This document shows, piece by piece, positions 19,332-20,000 of a stretch of DNA of 20,000 bases (positions are counted from its first letter, which is position 1; every line of letters starts with the position of its first letter). The stretch is taken from the sequence record SRR31156797_326; one strand, 5' to 3'. The notes beneath the pieces are model-generated. The model was not told the DNA's origin. It was given only the letters and a program-made list of their open reading frames with translations, and searched no databases. The position numbers and the translations under genes are program-made.

Positions 19332-19404
19332 CACGGGTGGTAGGAATCGAACCCACAGCCTACGGTTTTGGAGACCGTCGCTCTACCAGTTGAGCTACAC
19401 CCGT
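19332..19404 (-). tRNA. trpT: tRNA-Trp (anticodon CCA), 3' CCA not encoded
   Basis: Minus-strand ACGGGTG TA GCTC AACTGGTA GAGC G ACGGT CT-CCA-AA ACCGT AGGCT GTGGG TTCGATT CCTAC CACCCGT G: a complete 73-nt cloverleaf, followed by CAAAT. Confidence 0.98.
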
Positions 19405-19410
19405 ATTGAA

Positions 19411-19473
19411 TTATAATTAATAAAGGAGTCCCGGGAACTTTATTGAGCACCGGGACGCCTTATTTAATTATAA
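19411..19473 (-). other. Long imperfect inverted repeat between tuf and tRNA-Trp
   Basis: ttataattaa (19411-19420) pairs with ttaattataa (19464-19473), aagg with cctt, and gtcccgg (19428-19434) with ccgggac (19450-19456). The loop is 15 nt. Confidence 0.75.
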
Positions 19474-19490
19474 CCAAACACCTATTAAAT

Positions 19491-20000
19491 TTAGTCCAGA
19501 ATTTCAGTTACCTGACCAGCACCTACTGTACGTCCACCTTCGCGGATAGCGAAACGCAGGTTCTTGTTCATGGCAATTTCTGAAATCAGAGTTACTTCAA
19601 TTGTAAGGTTATCGCCGGGCATTACCATTTCAACGCCATCGGGAAGTTTAATTTCACCTGTAACGTCAGTTGTTCTGAAATAGAATTGTGGGCGATAGTT
19701 ATTATGGAATGGTGTGTGACGTCCACCTTCTTCTTTCTTTAGGATATAAACCTCAGCGTTAAAGTGTTTGTGAGGCGTGATTGAACCAGGCTTGGCAATT
19801 ACCATACCCCTGCTGATTTCTTTCTTATCAATACCTCTGAGGAGAAGACCTGCATTATCACCAGCCTGACCTTCGTCAAGGATTTTGCGGAACATCTCAA
19901 CACCAGTTACAACTGATTTGAGTTTTTCAGCACCCATACCAATCAGATCAACAGGATCACCTGTGTGGATGATACCAGTTTCGATACGACCTGTAGCAAC
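19491..20000 (-). CDS. tuf: Elongation factor Tu, C-terminal part (5' end outside the window)
   Basis: Open from 20000: [78 protein letters not shown]. Confidence 0.99.
   Translation of the reverse strand, partial: VATGRIETGIIHTGDPVDLIGMGAEKLKSVVTGVEMFRKILDEGQAGDNAGLLLRGIDKKEISRGMVIAKPGSITPHKHFNAEVYILKKEEGGRHTPFHNNYRPQFYFRTTDVTGEIKLPDGVEMVMPGDNLTIEVTLISEIAMNKNLRFAIREGGRTVGAGQVTEILD

Noticed and set aside
1..20000. CRISPR arrays, IS elements, integrases, prophage or defence genes
   Set aside because: I found no regularly spaced repeats, terminal inverted repeats or such ORFs. All coding space is accounted for by housekeeping and bat-operon genes.

Overview
A GC-moderate Bacteroidota (Bacteroidales-like) chromosomal segment with every real gene on the minus strand. 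Reading from right to left, the first block is the core transcription/translation cluster: tuf (3' part), tRNA-Trp(CCA), secE, nusG, rplK, rplA, rplJ, rplL, rpoB, rpoC and a DUF3467 gene, closed by an intrinsic terminator. After a ~230-bp spacer with a Bacteroidota TAnnTTTG promoter comes the bat (Bacteroides aerotolerance) operon: MoxR AAA+ ATPase, DUF58/vWA protein, a membrane-anchored hypothetical, batA, batB, batC and batD. batD runs off the left edge and is missing from the ORF track. I see no mobile element, CRISPR array, intein, intron, frameshift or pseudogene, and no evidence of a new multi-gene system. The points worth a second look are cis-elements: phased GTTAA repeats and an imperfect palindrome upstream of the bat promoter, a terminator between rpoC and DUF3467, long hairpins after tuf, nusG and rplL, and a lone Shine-Dalgarno before rplJ.
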